The notes under the pieces: model-generated
Seen by the model: only the letters and a program-made list of their open reading frames with translations
The model's database searches: none
Told to the model about the DNA's origin: nothing
Made by a program: the position numbers and the translations under genes
NCBI GenBank assembly: GCA_964016885.1
Contig: OZ024742.1
Coordinates: forward strand, 124,806,001-124,870,000
DNA length: 64,000 bases
Source of the DNA: Eledone cirrhosa
Lineage: Eukaryota
Direction: 5' to 3'
Shown: piece after piece, positions 45,736 to 60,900 of the stretch
Numbering within the stretch: position 1 is the first letter of the stretch
Layout: the number at the start of each line of letters is the position of its first letter

Positions 45736-46650
45736 AGTACATTATTAGATTACTGAAGCTACCTTATACCTTCTTAAAAATACATTTTATAATTATTGTT
45801 TTTTAAAAATACATTTTATAATTATTGTCTTTTTGCTTATGTATTTTCTTACTTATAATTTTCTTTAATCTTGCCCAACTTGATAAGCTCTTTGAATTGC
45901 TCCCTAATTAAATTACTTAAATTACTTAAATTATTTTATCTATTATACCTAAGTTGTATCTGTTGAACCAGCCCTTTGAAAATTCCTCGGATATCCCAAA
46001 TACCGTAATTTTTAACTTTTAATTTATAATTTTCCCCAATTCGTTTATACATATCCTTAAAGGCTCTCTAAAATTTTAATTCTTCGAAGGGTCTCCCGGG
46101 GGAGGTTCCTATTAAAAATATTAAAGGGGCCTTTTCTGAGGGCTTTATTGAAGTCTTTTTGAATTAACCTTTAATTGATTAGTTTCTTTCAACTTAGTAG
46201 GGATTATCAAAACTTTTCTGAAATTTTTTAACGAGATCTCTGGGGAAGAAAGTTTTTTTCTTTCGAAAGAAATTTTTTTATCTCGAGGGAACTTCTTGAG
46301 AAACTTTATAGTTTTTAGGGAAACTTTATAACTTTATTTTTTTATTTTATTAGTCTCTTAATCTCTTCTAGTTTGTTAAATTTATTGGGGCTTGTAAGCT
46401 TTATGCACTTATTGAGAGATTTTTTAGGGTGCTTCTACGAGATCCCAAGTCTTTTACTTTTAATACGTAAATTATAAATTATCTAATTTTTAACCTTCAA
46501 TCCCTGACTCTCAGGACATTTTCAAATTCTCTTAACTCCCCATAACCCATCCCTTTTACAATTCCGACAACTAATATAAAAGAGCCCCCTTAGAATATAG
46601 ACCCCAAATATACAAGCGGAGCTGCTGATGTATACCACAATTTCAAACTG

Positions 46651-46739
<89 letters not shown>

Positions 46740-46746
46740 CATATAC

Positions 46747-46827
<81 letters not shown>

Positions 46828-46829
<2 letters not shown>

Positions 46830-47019
46830 TTGTGTGTATTGACAGTATCGGTAGAGGGTCGGACGCCATGCTTTGAGGCAAAGAATTACGGCCCTTTCCA
46901 TTCTGAGTTCAAATCACGCCGAAGTTAACTTTGCCTTTCATCCTGACGGGCTCGATAAAATAAAGTACCAGTAATACACTGGGTAATTGCTGGCCTTGTG
47001 CCAAAAGTAGAAACAATTA
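46828..47019 (+). mobile_element. tRNA-derived SINE
   Basis: Same A/B boxes and body as 12044-12230. Confidence 0.85.
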
Positions 47020-47545
47020 TCTTATATATATATACATCTTTCACCATGTGTTTTTATATTTCTCCACTCAAACATACCCTATCTCGATCACTTTATCTTA
47101 TAATATAATATATCTCAAACTAACTATTATATATTCATCCGTGTGTTAATTTTTCTCTTCTCTTTATTCTTCATATCCGTATATTAATGTTTTCCTCTCC
47201 ACATCCATATATTCTTCATTGATTTCTATCCACTCTACTCCCTCATCTCTCTTAATTTTCCTGTTTCTTTCTCATCTACCTCACCTATCCTTCCTCGTAG
47301 CCTACGATATATCCCCCCCCCCCTCTCTCCTTCTCTACACATATCTTTATTATTATTAATATCATATCTATTTTAATACGATAGGTTGATTTCTTAAAGT
47401 TGCCGGTTATACTTTTAACTATATATTAGTTCCTTCTTTCTTTCTTTCTCTCTCATATCCATATGTCTCCCTTCCTCTATTTATTTATCATTAACAATGG
47501 TAGAAGTTTGAATTTTTAAGTTTACCGTTTCGCATATTTATTAAG

Positions 47546-47650
47546 AGTTTCTGATGAAATGGTTTCATTTAAATGTATTGTAAGTTGAATTGTACTTCGC
47601 CAGTATTAGCAATTTATACACAATTCTACCATGGAGACAATTGTAAGACT
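47546..47650 (+). ncRNA. Hammerhead motif with long stem II; GAAA mutated to GAGA
   Basis: agttt-CTGATGA-aatggt..gaattgt/acaattc..accatg-GAGA-caattg-TA-agact; TA tract ~50 bp downstream. Confidence 0.55.
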
Positions 47651-47699
47651 ATAATTAAATACCCTTGTTTGTTTTGTCAACCATGTTATTCTTAACTTT

Positions 47700-47750
<51 letters not shown>

Positions 47751-47876
47751 TGTATATATATATAAACATAATCATAGATACATATATGAGTTTAGGCTAC
47801 CTTCAGCGATGAGGATCGATGAATGAATGAATTAAGTATATAATTATTAATCAGAGGTATATTAAATTTATAAGTT

Positions 47877-48146
47877 TGAAGAACAGTCAAATAAAATTTA
47901 CCAAATGTTTCTTCTTAGTCCGTAAATGTTAATAAGCATTTAAGTGGAGCTAAGTTTAAAATGCAAGTTTGAAGAAATAATAGATAAATGCCATCGATAT
48001 TCCTTTATGAAGAACAGTCAAATAAAATTTACCTACTTTTTCCTCTTAGTCCGTAGAAATTAACTAGACAAATAATCATCTAAACGAAACTAAGTTTAAA
48101 ATGTAAGTTTGAAGAAGTAGTAGATAAATGTTACCAACAATTCCTC
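47877..48146 (+). repeat. Diverged ~135-bp tandem duplication
   Basis: TGAAGAACAGTCAAATAAAATTTACC..CTTAGTCCGTA..CTAAGTTTAAAATG.AAGTTTGAAGAA occurs twice. Confidence 0.8.
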
Positions 48147-48920
48147 TAGCCCCGACTGTTTAAAACATTTTCAACTTAGCGTTTGTTGTACATACTCATA
48201 TTTGTGTAACATACTTATTTGTATGTGTAATTTATAAATCTGATACTTTTCCAAGGTACATTTTACTTCATACATGAAAAATTATTTCTAAGAAGATATA
48301 AGTTGCTGTTGCAGCAGAAGTTCTCCGTTAAACAAGCACATTTTCGAAATATAGTCAGCATGTCAATGGAAAATGCAGTAATGAAATATTAACTGCTGAA
48401 CAAACCGAAGTTAGTGAGTGTCACAAAGATATCAAGTATAGAAAATATTCAAGTGTAGAAATTCGAACATAAAAGTAAGGCAGTGATCATAATTGATAGA
48501 AATATAAGTGAGAAAATGAGAAAAAAGCAACATGTTGTGATACACAAAGGGAATAAGCAAGCTTATGAATTTTTGATTATGAAATCGTGTATAACATATC
48601 TCGCTACAGATTGTCTTCTCCGGAGGACATAATGTTAGTTTGAAATGACGCTATACATATAGCATAATGTTGGTTCAAAATAAACATACTATTGCTACTT
48701 CAAAAAGGTGTTGAAATTAAGCATAATCTGTAGATGACAACTCACGATTAATTATAAACGTCATATAAATATAATCTTATCGCGGGTCGAAAGAAGAAAA
48801 TGCATGCATCTCTTTTAAAGCCAGTTGAAATTCGTCACGTGTTATGCAAAACATAATTAGATTCCTGAAACTCCTACTCACACAGAGAAACTCACATATG
48901 TTATATATATATATATATAT

Positions 48921-51900
48921 TGGGGCACCCAAATAAAAAACGGGGCACCCAAATAAAAAAACGGGGTACTCAAATAAAAAACGCCACCCCCCATAAATAT
49001 ACGGGGCACCCAAATAAAGGGCGGGGCACCCAAATAAAAAAAGGGGCACCCAAATAAAAAACGGGACACCCATATAAAGAAACTGGGCACCCAAATAAAA
49101 AAACGGGGCACCGACATATAAAACGGGGCACCCAAATAAAAAAAAGTAGCACCCAAATAAAAACGGGACACCCAAATATAAAACGGGGCCCCAAAATGAA
49201 AAAACGGGACACCCAAATAAAAAAACGGCGCACCCAAATAAAATACGGCGCAGCCAAATAAAAAACAGGGCCCCCAAATAAAGAAACGGGGCACCCAAAT
49301 AAAAAAACGGGGCACCCAAATAAAAAACTGGGCACGCAAATAAAAAACGGGTCACACAAATAAAAAACGGATCCCCCCTCATAAAAAAACGGGGCACCCA
49401 AATAAAAAATGGATCCCCTCCCATAAAAAAACGGGGCACCCAAATAAAGGGCGGGGCACCCAAATAAAAAAAGGGGCACCCAAATAAAAAACGAGACACC
49501 CAAATAAAGAAACAGGGCACCCAAATAAAAAAACGGGGCACCGACATATAAAACGGGGCACCCAGATAAAAAAAGTGGCACCCAAATAAAAAACGGGACA
49601 CCCAAATATAAAACGTGGCACCAAAATAAAAAAACGGGGCACCCAAATAAAAAAACGGGGCACCCAAATAAAATACGGCGCAGCCGAATAAAAAACAGGG
49701 CCCCCAAATAAAGAAACTGGGCACCCAAATAAAAAAACGGGGCATCCAAATAAAATACGGCGCAGCCGAATAAAAAACAGGGCCCCCAAATAAAGAAACT
49801 GGGCACCCAAATAAAAAAACGGGGCACCGACATATAAAACGGGGCACCCAAATAAAAAAAAAGCACCCAAATAAAAACGGGACACCCAAATATAAAACGG
49901 GGCCCCAAAATGAAAAAACGGGACACCCAAATAAAAAAACAGCGCACCCAAATAAAATACGGCGCAGCCAAATAAAAAACAGGGCCCCCAAATAAAGAAA
50001 CGGGGCACCCAAATAAAAAAACGGGGCACCCAAATAAAAAACTGGGCACGCAAATAAAAAACGGGTCACCTAAAAAACGGGGCACCCAAATAAAAACGGA
50101 CCCCCCCATAAAAAACGGGGTGCCCAAATAAAAAACGGGACCACCAAATAAAAATCGGACCCCTCCATAAAAAAACGGGGCAACACAATAAAAAACGGGG
50201 CACACTAATTAAAAACGCACCCCCTCATAAAAAACGGGGCAACCAAATAATAAGCGGGGCACCCAAATAAAAAAAGGGGCACCCAAATAAAAAACGGGAC
50301 ACACATATAAAGAAACGGGGCACCCAAATAAAAAACGGGGCACCCAAGTAAAAAAACGGGCCACCCAAATAAAAAAACGGGGCACCCAAATAAGAAACGG
50401 AACCCCCATAAAAAAACGGGCCACCCAAATAAAGAAACAGGGCACCCAAATAAAAAAACGGGGCACCGACATATAAAACGGGGCACCCAGATAAAAAAAG
50501 TGGCACCCAAATAAAAAACGGGACACCCAAATATAAAACGTGGCACCAAAATAAAAAAACGGGGCACCCAAATAAAAAAACGGGGCACCCAAATAAAATA
50601 CGGCGCAGCCGAATAAAAAACAGGGCCCCCAAATAAAGAAACTGGGCACCCAAATAAAAAAACGGGGCATCCAAATAAAATACGGCGCAGCCGAATAAAA
50701 AACAGGGCCCCCAAATAAAGAAACTGGGCACCCAAATAAAAAAACGGGGCACCGACATATAAAACGGGGCACGCAAATAAAAAAAAAGCACCCAAATAAA
50801 AACGGGACACCCAAATATAAAACGGGGCCCCAAAATGAAAAAACGGGACACCCAAATAAAAAAACAGCGCACCCAAATAAAATACGGCGCAGCCAAATAA
50901 AAAACAGGGCCCCCAAATAAAGAAACGGGGCACCCAAATAAAAAAACGGGGCACCCAAATAAAAAACTGGGCACGCAAATAAAAAACGGGTCACCTAAAA
51001 AACGGGACACCCAAATAAAAACGGACCCCCCCATAAAAAACGGGGTGCCCAAATAAAAAACGGGACCACCAAATAAAAATCGGACCCCTCCATAAAAAAA
51101 CGGGGCAACACAATAAAAAACGGGGCACACTAATTAAAAACGCACCCCCTCATAAAAAACGGGGCAACCAAATAATAAGCGGGGCACCCAAATAAAAAAA
51201 GGGGCACCCAAATAAAAAACGGGACACACATATAAAGAAACGGGGCACCCAAATAAAAAACGGGGCACCCAAGTAAAAAAACGGGCCACCCAAATAAAAA
51301 AACGGGGCACCCAAATAAGAAACGGAACCCCCATAAAAAAACGGGCCACCCAAATAAAAAAACGGGGCACCCAAATAAGAAACGGAACCCCCATAAAAAA
51401 ACGGGTCACCCAAATAAAAAACGGACCCCCCATATTAAAAACGGGGCACCCAAATAAAAAAAACAAGGCAACCAAATAAAAAAACTGGGCACCCATATAA
51501 AATACGGCGCAGCCAAATAAAAAACAGGGCCCCCAAATAAAGAAACGGGGCATCCAAATAAAAAAACGGGGCACCCAAATAAAAAACTGGGCACGAAAAT
51601 AAAAAACGGGTCACCCAAATAAAAAACGGGGCACCCAAATAAAAACGGACCCCCCATAAAAAAGGGGCACCCAAATAAAAAACGGGACGCCCATATAAAG
51701 AAACGGGGCACCCAAATAAAAAACGGGACACACAAGTAAAAAAACGGGGCACCCAAATATAAAACGGAGCCGCCCTTAAAAAAACGGGGCACACAAATAA
51801 GAAACTAAACCCCCATAAAAAAACGGGGCACCCAAATAAAAAAACGGGTCACCCAAATAAAAAACGGGGCACCCAAATAAAGAACGGGGCACCCAAATAA

Positions 51901-54900
51901 AAACGGACCCCCATAAAAGACGGGGCACCCAAATAAAAAAGGGACCACCAAATAAAAAACCGACCCCTCCATAAAAAAACTGGGCACCACAATAAAAAGC
52001 GGGGCACCAAATAAAAAAAGGACCCCATCCCATAAAAATACAGGGCACCCAAATAAAAAGCGGGGCACCCAAATAAAAAACGGGGCACCCAAATAAAGAA
52101 CAGGGCACCCAAATAAAAACGGACCCCCCCCCCATAAAAAACGGGGCACCCAAATAAAAAACGGGACCGCCAAATGAAAAACGGACCCCTCCATTAAAAA
52201 AATGGGCACCCAAATAAAAAAAGAGGCGCCCACTCATAAAAAAACGGGGCACCCAAATAAAAAACGGACCACTGCTATAAAAAAACGCGGCGCTCAAATA
52301 AAAAACGGGACACCCAAATGAAAAACGGGGTACCCAAATAAAAAAAGGGGCACCCAAATAAAAAAACGGGGGCGCAACTAAAAAAACGAGGCACCCATAT
52401 AAAAAACGGACCCCCACATAAAAAACGGACCATCCCATATTAAAAACGGCGCACCCAAATAGAAAAACGGGGCACCCAAATAATAAACGGGGCACCCAAA
52501 TAAAAAAAGGGGCACCCAAATAAAAAAACGGGGCGCCCATACAAAAAACGGACCCCCCTTAAAAAAAGGTGCACCCAAATAAAAAAACGGGGCACCCATA
52601 CAAAAAACGGACCCCCATAAAAAAACCGGACACCCAAATAAAAAACGGAACCGCCCATATTAAAAACGGGGCACCCAAATAAAAAAACGGGTCACCCAAA
52701 TAAAAAACGGGGCACCCAAATAAAAAACGGGGCACCCAAATAAAAACGGACCCCCATAAAAGACGGGGCACCCAAATAAAAAAAGGGACCACCAAATAAA
52801 AAACCGACCCCTCCATAAAAAAACTGGGCACCACAATAAAAAGCGGGGCACCAAATAAAAAACGGACCCCACCTCATAAAAAAACGGGGCACCCAAATAA
52901 AAAACGGGGCACCCACATACAAATCAGACCCCCTCCATAAAAAATGGGTTTCCCAAATAAAAAACGGGGCACCAAAATCAAAACGAGGCACTTAAAAAAA
53001 TACGAGGCACCCAAATAAAAAAACGTGTCACCCAAATAAAAAACGGGGCTCCCAAATAAAAAACAGGGCACCCAAATAAAAAACGGAACCACCCATAAAA
53101 AACGGGGCACCCCAATAAAAAACGGTACACCCAAATAAAAAACGGACCACCCATAAAAAAGAACGGGGCACCCAAATAAAAATACAGGGCACCCAAATAA
53201 AAAAAAAACGGGGTACCCAAATAAAAAACGGGGCTCATATAAAAAACGGGGCACCCAAATAAATAACGGACCACCCATAAAAAAAGGGGCACCCAAATAA
53301 AAAACGGACACCCCGCCCCATAACAAACGGGGCTCATATAAAAAACGGGGCACCCAAATAAATAACGGACCCACCCATAAAAAAACGGGGCACCCAAATA
53401 AAAAACGGGACCACCAAATAAAAATCGGACCCTTCCATAAAAAAACGCGGCACCCAAATAAAGAAACCGGGGCACCCAAATAAAAAACGGGTCACCCAAA
53501 TAAAAACGGACCTGTCCATAAAAAACGGGGCACCCATACAAAAAACGGACCCCCCATAAAAAATCAGGACACCCAAATAAAAAACGGGGTACCCAAATAA
53601 ATAACGGGGCACCCAAATAAAAAACGGACCCACCCATAAAAAAACGGGGCACCCAAATAAAAAACGGGACCACCAAATAAAAATCGAACCCTTCCATAAA
53701 AAAACGCGGCACCCCAATGAAAACCGGGGCACCCAAATAAAAAACGGGTCACCCAAATAAAAACGGACCTGTCCATAAAAAACGGGGCACCAAAATACAA
53801 AAACCAGTCACCCAAATAAAAACGATGCACCCAAATAAAAAACGGGGCACCCAAATAAAAAAACGGGCTCCCAAATAAAAAAAAGGGGCACCCAAATAAA
53901 AAAACGGGGCACCCAAATAAAGAAACGGGGCACCCAAATAAAAAAACGGGGTACCCAACTAATAAACAGGGCACCCAAATAAAAAAAAGGGGCACCCAAA
54001 TAAAAAAACGGGACACCCATACAAAAAATCGGACCCCCCATAAAAAAGGTGCACCCAAATAAAAAAACGGGGCACCCATACAAAAAACGGACCCCCCATA
54101 AAAAATCAGGACACCCAAATAAAAAACGGGGTACCCAAATAAAATAACGGGGCACCCAAATAAAAACGGGGCACCAGATAAAAAAAAGGGGCACCCAAAT
54201 AAAAAAAAGGGGCACCCAAATAAGAAACAGACACCTCCATAAAAAAACGGGCAGCCAAATACAAAACGGACCTCCCCATAATAAACGGGGCACCCAAATA
54301 AAAAACGGGGCACCAAAATAAAGAACGAGGCACGCAAATAAAAATCGGACAACCCATAAAAAATGGGTCACCCAAATAAAGAACGGGGCACCCAAATAAA
54401 AAACGGGGCACCCACATACAAATCAGACCCCCTCCATAAAAAATGGGTTACCCAAATAAAAAACGGGGCACCAAAATCAAAACGTGGCACTTAAAAAAAT
54501 ACGAGGCACCCAAATAAAAAAACGGGGCACCCAAATAAAAAAACGGGGCACCCAAATAAAAAAAAGGGGCATCCAAATAAAAAAACGGGGCACCCATATA
54601 AAAAAACCGACCCCCCATAAAAAAACGGGACGCCCAAATAAAAAACGGACCCGCCCAAATTAAAAACGGGGCACCCAAATAAAGCAACGGGGCACCCAAA
54701 TAAAAAAACCGGGCAGCCAAATAAAAAACGGACCTCCCCATTATAAACGGGGCACCCAAATAAAAAAAAGGGGCACCCAAATAAGAAACAGACCCCTCCA
54801 TAAAAAAACGGGGCAGCCAAATACAAAATGGACGTCCCCATAATAAACGGGGCACCCAAATAAAAAGCGGGGCACCAAAATAAAGAACGAGGCACGCAAA

Positions 54901-57900
54901 TAAAAATCAGACAACCCATAAAAAACGGGTCCCCAAATAAAAAACGGGGCACCCAAATAAAAAACGGGGCACCCACATACAAATCAGACCCCCTCCATAA
55001 AAAATGGGTTTCCCAAATAAAAAACGGGGCACCAAAATCAAAACGAGGCACTTAAAAAAATACGAGGCACCCAAATAAAAAAAAGGTGTCAACCAAATAA
55101 AAAAACGGGGCTCCCAAATAAAAAACGGGGCACCCAAATAAAAAAACCGGGCTCCCAAATAAAAAAAAGGGGCACCCAAATAAAAAAACGGGGCACCCAA
55201 ATAAAGAAACGGGGCACCCAAATAAAAAAACGGGGTACCCAAATAATAAACAGGGCACCCAAATAAAAAAAAGGGGCACCCAAATAAAAAAACGGGACAC
55301 CCATACAAAAAATCGGACCCCCCATAAAAAAAGGTGCACCCAAATAAAAAAACGGGGCACCCATACAAAAAACGGACCCCCCATAAAAAATCAGGACACC
55401 CAAATAAAAAACGGGGTACCCAAATAAAATAACGGGGCACCCAAATAAAAACGGGGCACCAGATAAAAAAAAGGGGCACCCAAATAAAAAAAAGGGGCAC
55501 CCAAATAAGAAACAGACCCCTCCATAAAAAAACGGGCAGCCAAATACAAAACGGACCTCCCCATAATAAACGGGGCACCCAAATAAAAAACGGGGCACCA
55601 AAATAAAGAACGAGGCACGCAAATAAAAATCGGACAACCCATAAAAAATGGGTCACCCAAATAAAGAACGGGGCACCCAAATAAAAAACGGGGCACCCAC
55701 ATACAATTCAGACCCCCTCCATAAAAAATGGGTTACCCAAATAAAAAACGGTGCACCAAAATCAAAACGTGGCACTTAAAAAAATACGAGGCACCCAAAT
55801 AAAAAAACGGGGCACCCAAATAAAAAACGGGGCACCCAAATAAAAAAACGGGGCACCCATATAAAAAAACCGACCCCCCATAAAAAAACGGGACGCCCAA
55901 ATAAAAAACGGACCCGCCCATATTAAAAACGGGGCACCCAAATAAAGCAACGGGGCACCCAAATAAAAAAACGGGGCACCCAAATAAAAAACGGGACAGC
56001 CAAATAAAAAACGGACCTCCCCATAATAAACGGGGCACCAAAAAAAACGGGGCAGACAAATAAAAAACGGACCTCCCCATAATAAACGGGGCACCAAAAA
56101 AAACGGGGCACCCAAATAAAAAACGGGACACCCAAATAAAGATACGGGGTACCCAAATAAAATAACGGGGCACCCAAATAAAAACGGGGCACCAAATAAA
56201 AAAATGGGGCACCCAAATAAGAAACAGACCCCTCCATAAAAAAACGGGGCACCCAAATAAAAAAACGGGTCAGCCAAATACAAAATGGACCTCCCCATAA
56301 TAAACGGGGCACCCAAATAAAAAACGGGGCACCTAAATAAAGAACGAGGCACGCAAATAAAAATCAGACAACCCATAAAAAACGGGTCCCCAAATAAAAA
56401 ACGGGGCACCCAAATAAAAAACGGGGCACCCACATACAAATTAGACCCCCTCCATAAAAAATGGGTTTCCCAAATAAAAAACGGGGCACCAAAATCAAAA
56501 CGAGGCACTTAAAAAAATACGAGGCACCCAAATAAAAAAACGTGTCAACCAAATAAAAAAACGGGGCTCCCAAATAAAAAACGGGGCACCCAAATAAAAA
56601 AACCGGGCTCCCAAATAAAAAAAAGGGGCACCCAAATAAAAAAACGGGGCACCCAAATAAAGAAACGGGGCACCCAAATAAAAAAACGGGGTACCCAAAT
56701 AATAAACAGGGCACCCAAATAAAAAAAGGGGCACCCAAATAAAAAAACGGGACACCCATACAAAAAATCGGACCCCCCATAAAAAAAGGTGCACCCAAAT
56801 AAAAAAACGGGGCACCCATACAAAAAACGGACCCCCCATAAAAAATCAGCACACCCAAATAAAAAACGGGGTACCCAAATAAAATAACGGGGCACCCAAA
56901 TAAAAACGGGGCACCAGATAAAAAAAAGGGGCACCCAAATAAAAAAAAGGGGCACCCAAATAAGAAACAGACCCCTCCATAAAAAAACGGGCAGCCAAAT
57001 ACAAAACGGACCTCCCCATAATAAACGGGGCACCCAAATAAAAAACGGGGCACCAAAATAAAGAACGAGGCACGCAAATAAAAATCGGACAACCCATAAA
57101 AAATGGGTCACCCAAATAAAGAACGGGGCACCCAAATAAAAAACGGGGCACCCACATACAATTCAGACCCCCTCCATAAAAAATGGGTCACCCAAATAAA
57201 AAACGGTGCACCAAAATCAAAACGTGGCACTTAAAAAAATACGAGGCACCCAAATAAAAAAACGGGGCACCCAAATAAAAAACGGGGCACCCATATAAAA
57301 AAACCAACCCCCCATAAAAAAACGGGACGCCCAAATAATAAACGGACCCGCCCATATTAAAAACGGGGCACCCAAATAAAGCAACGGGGCACCCAAATAA
57401 AAAAACGGGGCACCCAAATAAAAAAACGGGGCAGCCAAATAAAAAACGGACCTCCCCATAATAAACGGGGCACCAAAAAAAAACGGGGCAGACAAATAAA
57501 AAACGGACCTCCCCATAATAAACGGGGCACCAAAAAAAAACGGGGCACCCAAATAAAAAACGGGACACCCAAATAAAGATACGGGGCACCCAAATAAAAT
57601 AACGGGGCACCCAAATAAAAACGGGGCACCAAATAAAAAAAAGGGGCACCCAAATAAAAAAAAGGGGCACCCAAATAAGAAACAGACCCCTCCATAAAAA
57701 AACGGAGCACCCAAATAAAAAAACGGGGCAGCCAAATACAAAACGGACCTCCCCATAATAAACGGGGCACCCAAATAAAAAACGGGGCACCAAAATAAAG
57801 AACGAGGCACGCAAATAAAAATCAGACAACCCATAAAAAACGAGTCCCCAAATAAAAAACGGGGCACCTAAATAAAAAACGGGGCACCCACATACAAATC

Positions 57901-60900
57901 AGACCCCCTCCATAAAAAATGGGTTTCCCAAATAAAAAACGGGGCACCAAAATCAAAACGAGGCACTTAAAAAAATACGAGGCACCCAAATAAAAAAACG
58001 TGTCAACCAAATAAAAAAACGGGGCTCCCAAATAAAAAACGGGGCACCCAAATAAAAAACGGATCCACCCATAAAAAAATGGGGCACCCAAATAAAAAAC
58101 GGAGCCCTCAATAAAAAAACGGATCCACCCATAAAAAAACGGGGCACCCCAATAAAAAACGGTACACCCAAATAAAAAACGGACCACCCATAAAAAAGAA
58201 CGGGGCACCCAAATAAAAATACAGGGCACCCAAATAAAAAAAACGGGGTACCCAAATAAAAAACGGGGCTCATATAAAAAACGGGGCACCCAAATAAATA
58301 ACGGACCACCCATAAAAAAAGGGGCACCCAAATAAAAACGGACACCCCGCCCCATAAAAAACGGGGCACCCAAATAAATAACGGGGCACCCAAATAAAAA
58401 ACGGACCCACCCATAAAAAAACGGAGCACCCAAATAAAAAACGGGACCACCAAATAAAAATCGGACCCTTCCATAAAAAAACGCGGCACCCCAATGAAAA
58501 CCGGGGCACCCAAATAAAAAACGGGCACCCAAATAAAAACGGACCTGTCCATAAAAAACGGGGCACCAAAATAAAAAAAACGAGTCACCCAAATAAAAAC
58601 GATGCACCCAAATAAAAAACGGGGCACCCAAATAAAATAACGGGGCACCCAAATAAAAACGGGGCACCAGATAAAAAAAAGGGGCACCCAAATAAAAAAA
58701 GGGGCACCCAAATAAGAAACAGACCCCTCCATAAAAAAACGGGCAGCCAAATACAAAACGGACCTCCCCATAATAAACGGGGCACCCAAATAAAAAACGG
58801 GGCACCAAAATAAAGAACGAGGCACGCAAATAAAAATCGGACAACCCATAAAAAATGGGTCACCCAAATAAAGAACGGGGCACCCAAATAAAAAACGGGG
58901 CACTCACATACAATTCAGACCCCCTCCATAAAAAATGGGTCACCCAAATAAAAAACGGTGCACCAAAATCAAAACGTGGCACTTAAAAAAATACGAGGCA
59001 CCCAAATAAAAAAACGGGGCACCCAAATAAAAAACGGGGCACCCATATAAAAAAACCAACCCCCCATAAAAAAACGGGACGCCCAAATAATAAACGGACC
59101 CGCCCATATTAAAAACGGGGCACCCAAATAAAGCAACGGGGCACCCAAATAAAAAAACGGGGCACCCAAATAAAAAAACGGGGCAGCCAAATAAAAAACG
59201 GACCTCCCCATAATAAACGGGGCACCAAAAAAAAACGGGGCAGACAAATAAAAAACGGACCTCCCCATAATAAACGGGGCACCAAAAAAAAACGGGGCAC
59301 CCAAATAAAAAACGGGACACCCAAATAAAGATACGGGGCACCCAAATAAAAACGGGGCACCAAATAAAAAAAAGGGGCACCCAAATAAAAAAAAGGGGCA
59401 CCCAAATAAGAAACAGACCCCTCCATAAAAAAACGGAGCACCCAAATAAAAAAACGGGGCAGCCAAATACAAAACGGACCTCCCCATAATAAACGGGGCA
59501 CCCAAATAAAAAACGGGGCACCAAAATAAAGAACGAGGCACGCAAATAAAAATCAGACAACCCATAAAAAACGAGTCCCCAAATAAAAAACGGGGCACCT
59601 AAATAAAAAACGGGGCACCCACATACAAATCAGACCCCCTCCATAAAAAATGGGTTTCCCAAATAAAAAACGGGGCACCAAAATCAAAACGAGGCACTTA
59701 AAAAAATACGAGGCACCCAAATAAAAAAACGTGTCAACCAAATAAAAAAACGGGGCTCCCAAATAAAAAACGGGGCACCCAAATAAAAAACGGATCCACC
59801 CATAAAAAAATGGGGCACCCAAATAAAAAACGGAGCCCTCAATAAAAAAACGGATCCACCCATAAAAAAACGGGGCACCCCAATAAAAAACGGTACACCC
59901 AAATAAAAAACGGACCACCCATAAAAAAGAACGGGGCACCCAAATAAAAATACAGGGCACCCAAATAAAAAAAACGGGGTACCCAAATAAAAAACGGGGC
60001 TCATATAAAAAACGGGGCACCCAAATAAATAACGGACCACCCATAAAAAAAGGGGCACCCAAATAAAAACGGACACCCCGCCCCATAAAAAACGGGGCAC
60101 CCAAATAAATAACGGGGCACCCAAATAAAAAACGGACCCACCCATAAAAAAACGGAGCACCCAAATAAAAAACGGGACCACCAAATAAAAATCGGACCCT
60201 TCCATAAAAAAACGCGGCACCCCAATGAAAACCGGGGCACCCAAATAAAAAACGGGCACCCAAATAAAAACGGACCTGTCCATAAAAAACGGGGCACCAA
60301 AATAAAAAAAACGAGTCACCCAAATAAAAACGATGCACCCAAATAAAAAACGGGGCACCCAAATAAAAAAACGGAGCTCCCAAATAAAAACGGGGCTGCC
60401 AAATAAAAAACGGACCTCCTCATAAAAAAACGGGGCACCCAAATAAAAAACACGAAACCCCAATAAAAAAACGGGTCACTCAAATAAAAAACACGAAACC
60501 CAAGTAAAAAACGGACACCCCCCTCCATAAAAAAACGGGGCACCAAATTAAATAACGGGGCCCCCAAATAAAAAACGGGCCCACCCATAAAAAAACGGGG
60601 CACCCAAATAAAAAACGGGACCACCAAATAAAAATCGGACCCCTCCATAAAAAACCCCAATAAAAAACGGGGCACCCAAATAAAATACGGGACCACCAAA
60701 TAAAAAACGGACCCCTCCATAAAATAACGGGGCACCCCAATAAAGAACGGTACACCCAAATAAAAAACGGATTACCCATCATAAAAAACGGGACACCAAA
60801 ATAAAAAACGGGGCACCAAAATAAAAAAAGCGGGGTACCCAAATAAAAAACGGGGCTCCCATATAAAAAACGGGGCACCCAAATAAATAACGGACCACCC

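Noticed and set aside
45850-46590. Homopolymer-rich segment that looks like decayed coding or organellar DNA
   Set aside because: No recognisable motif in any frame; would need BLASTX to assess.
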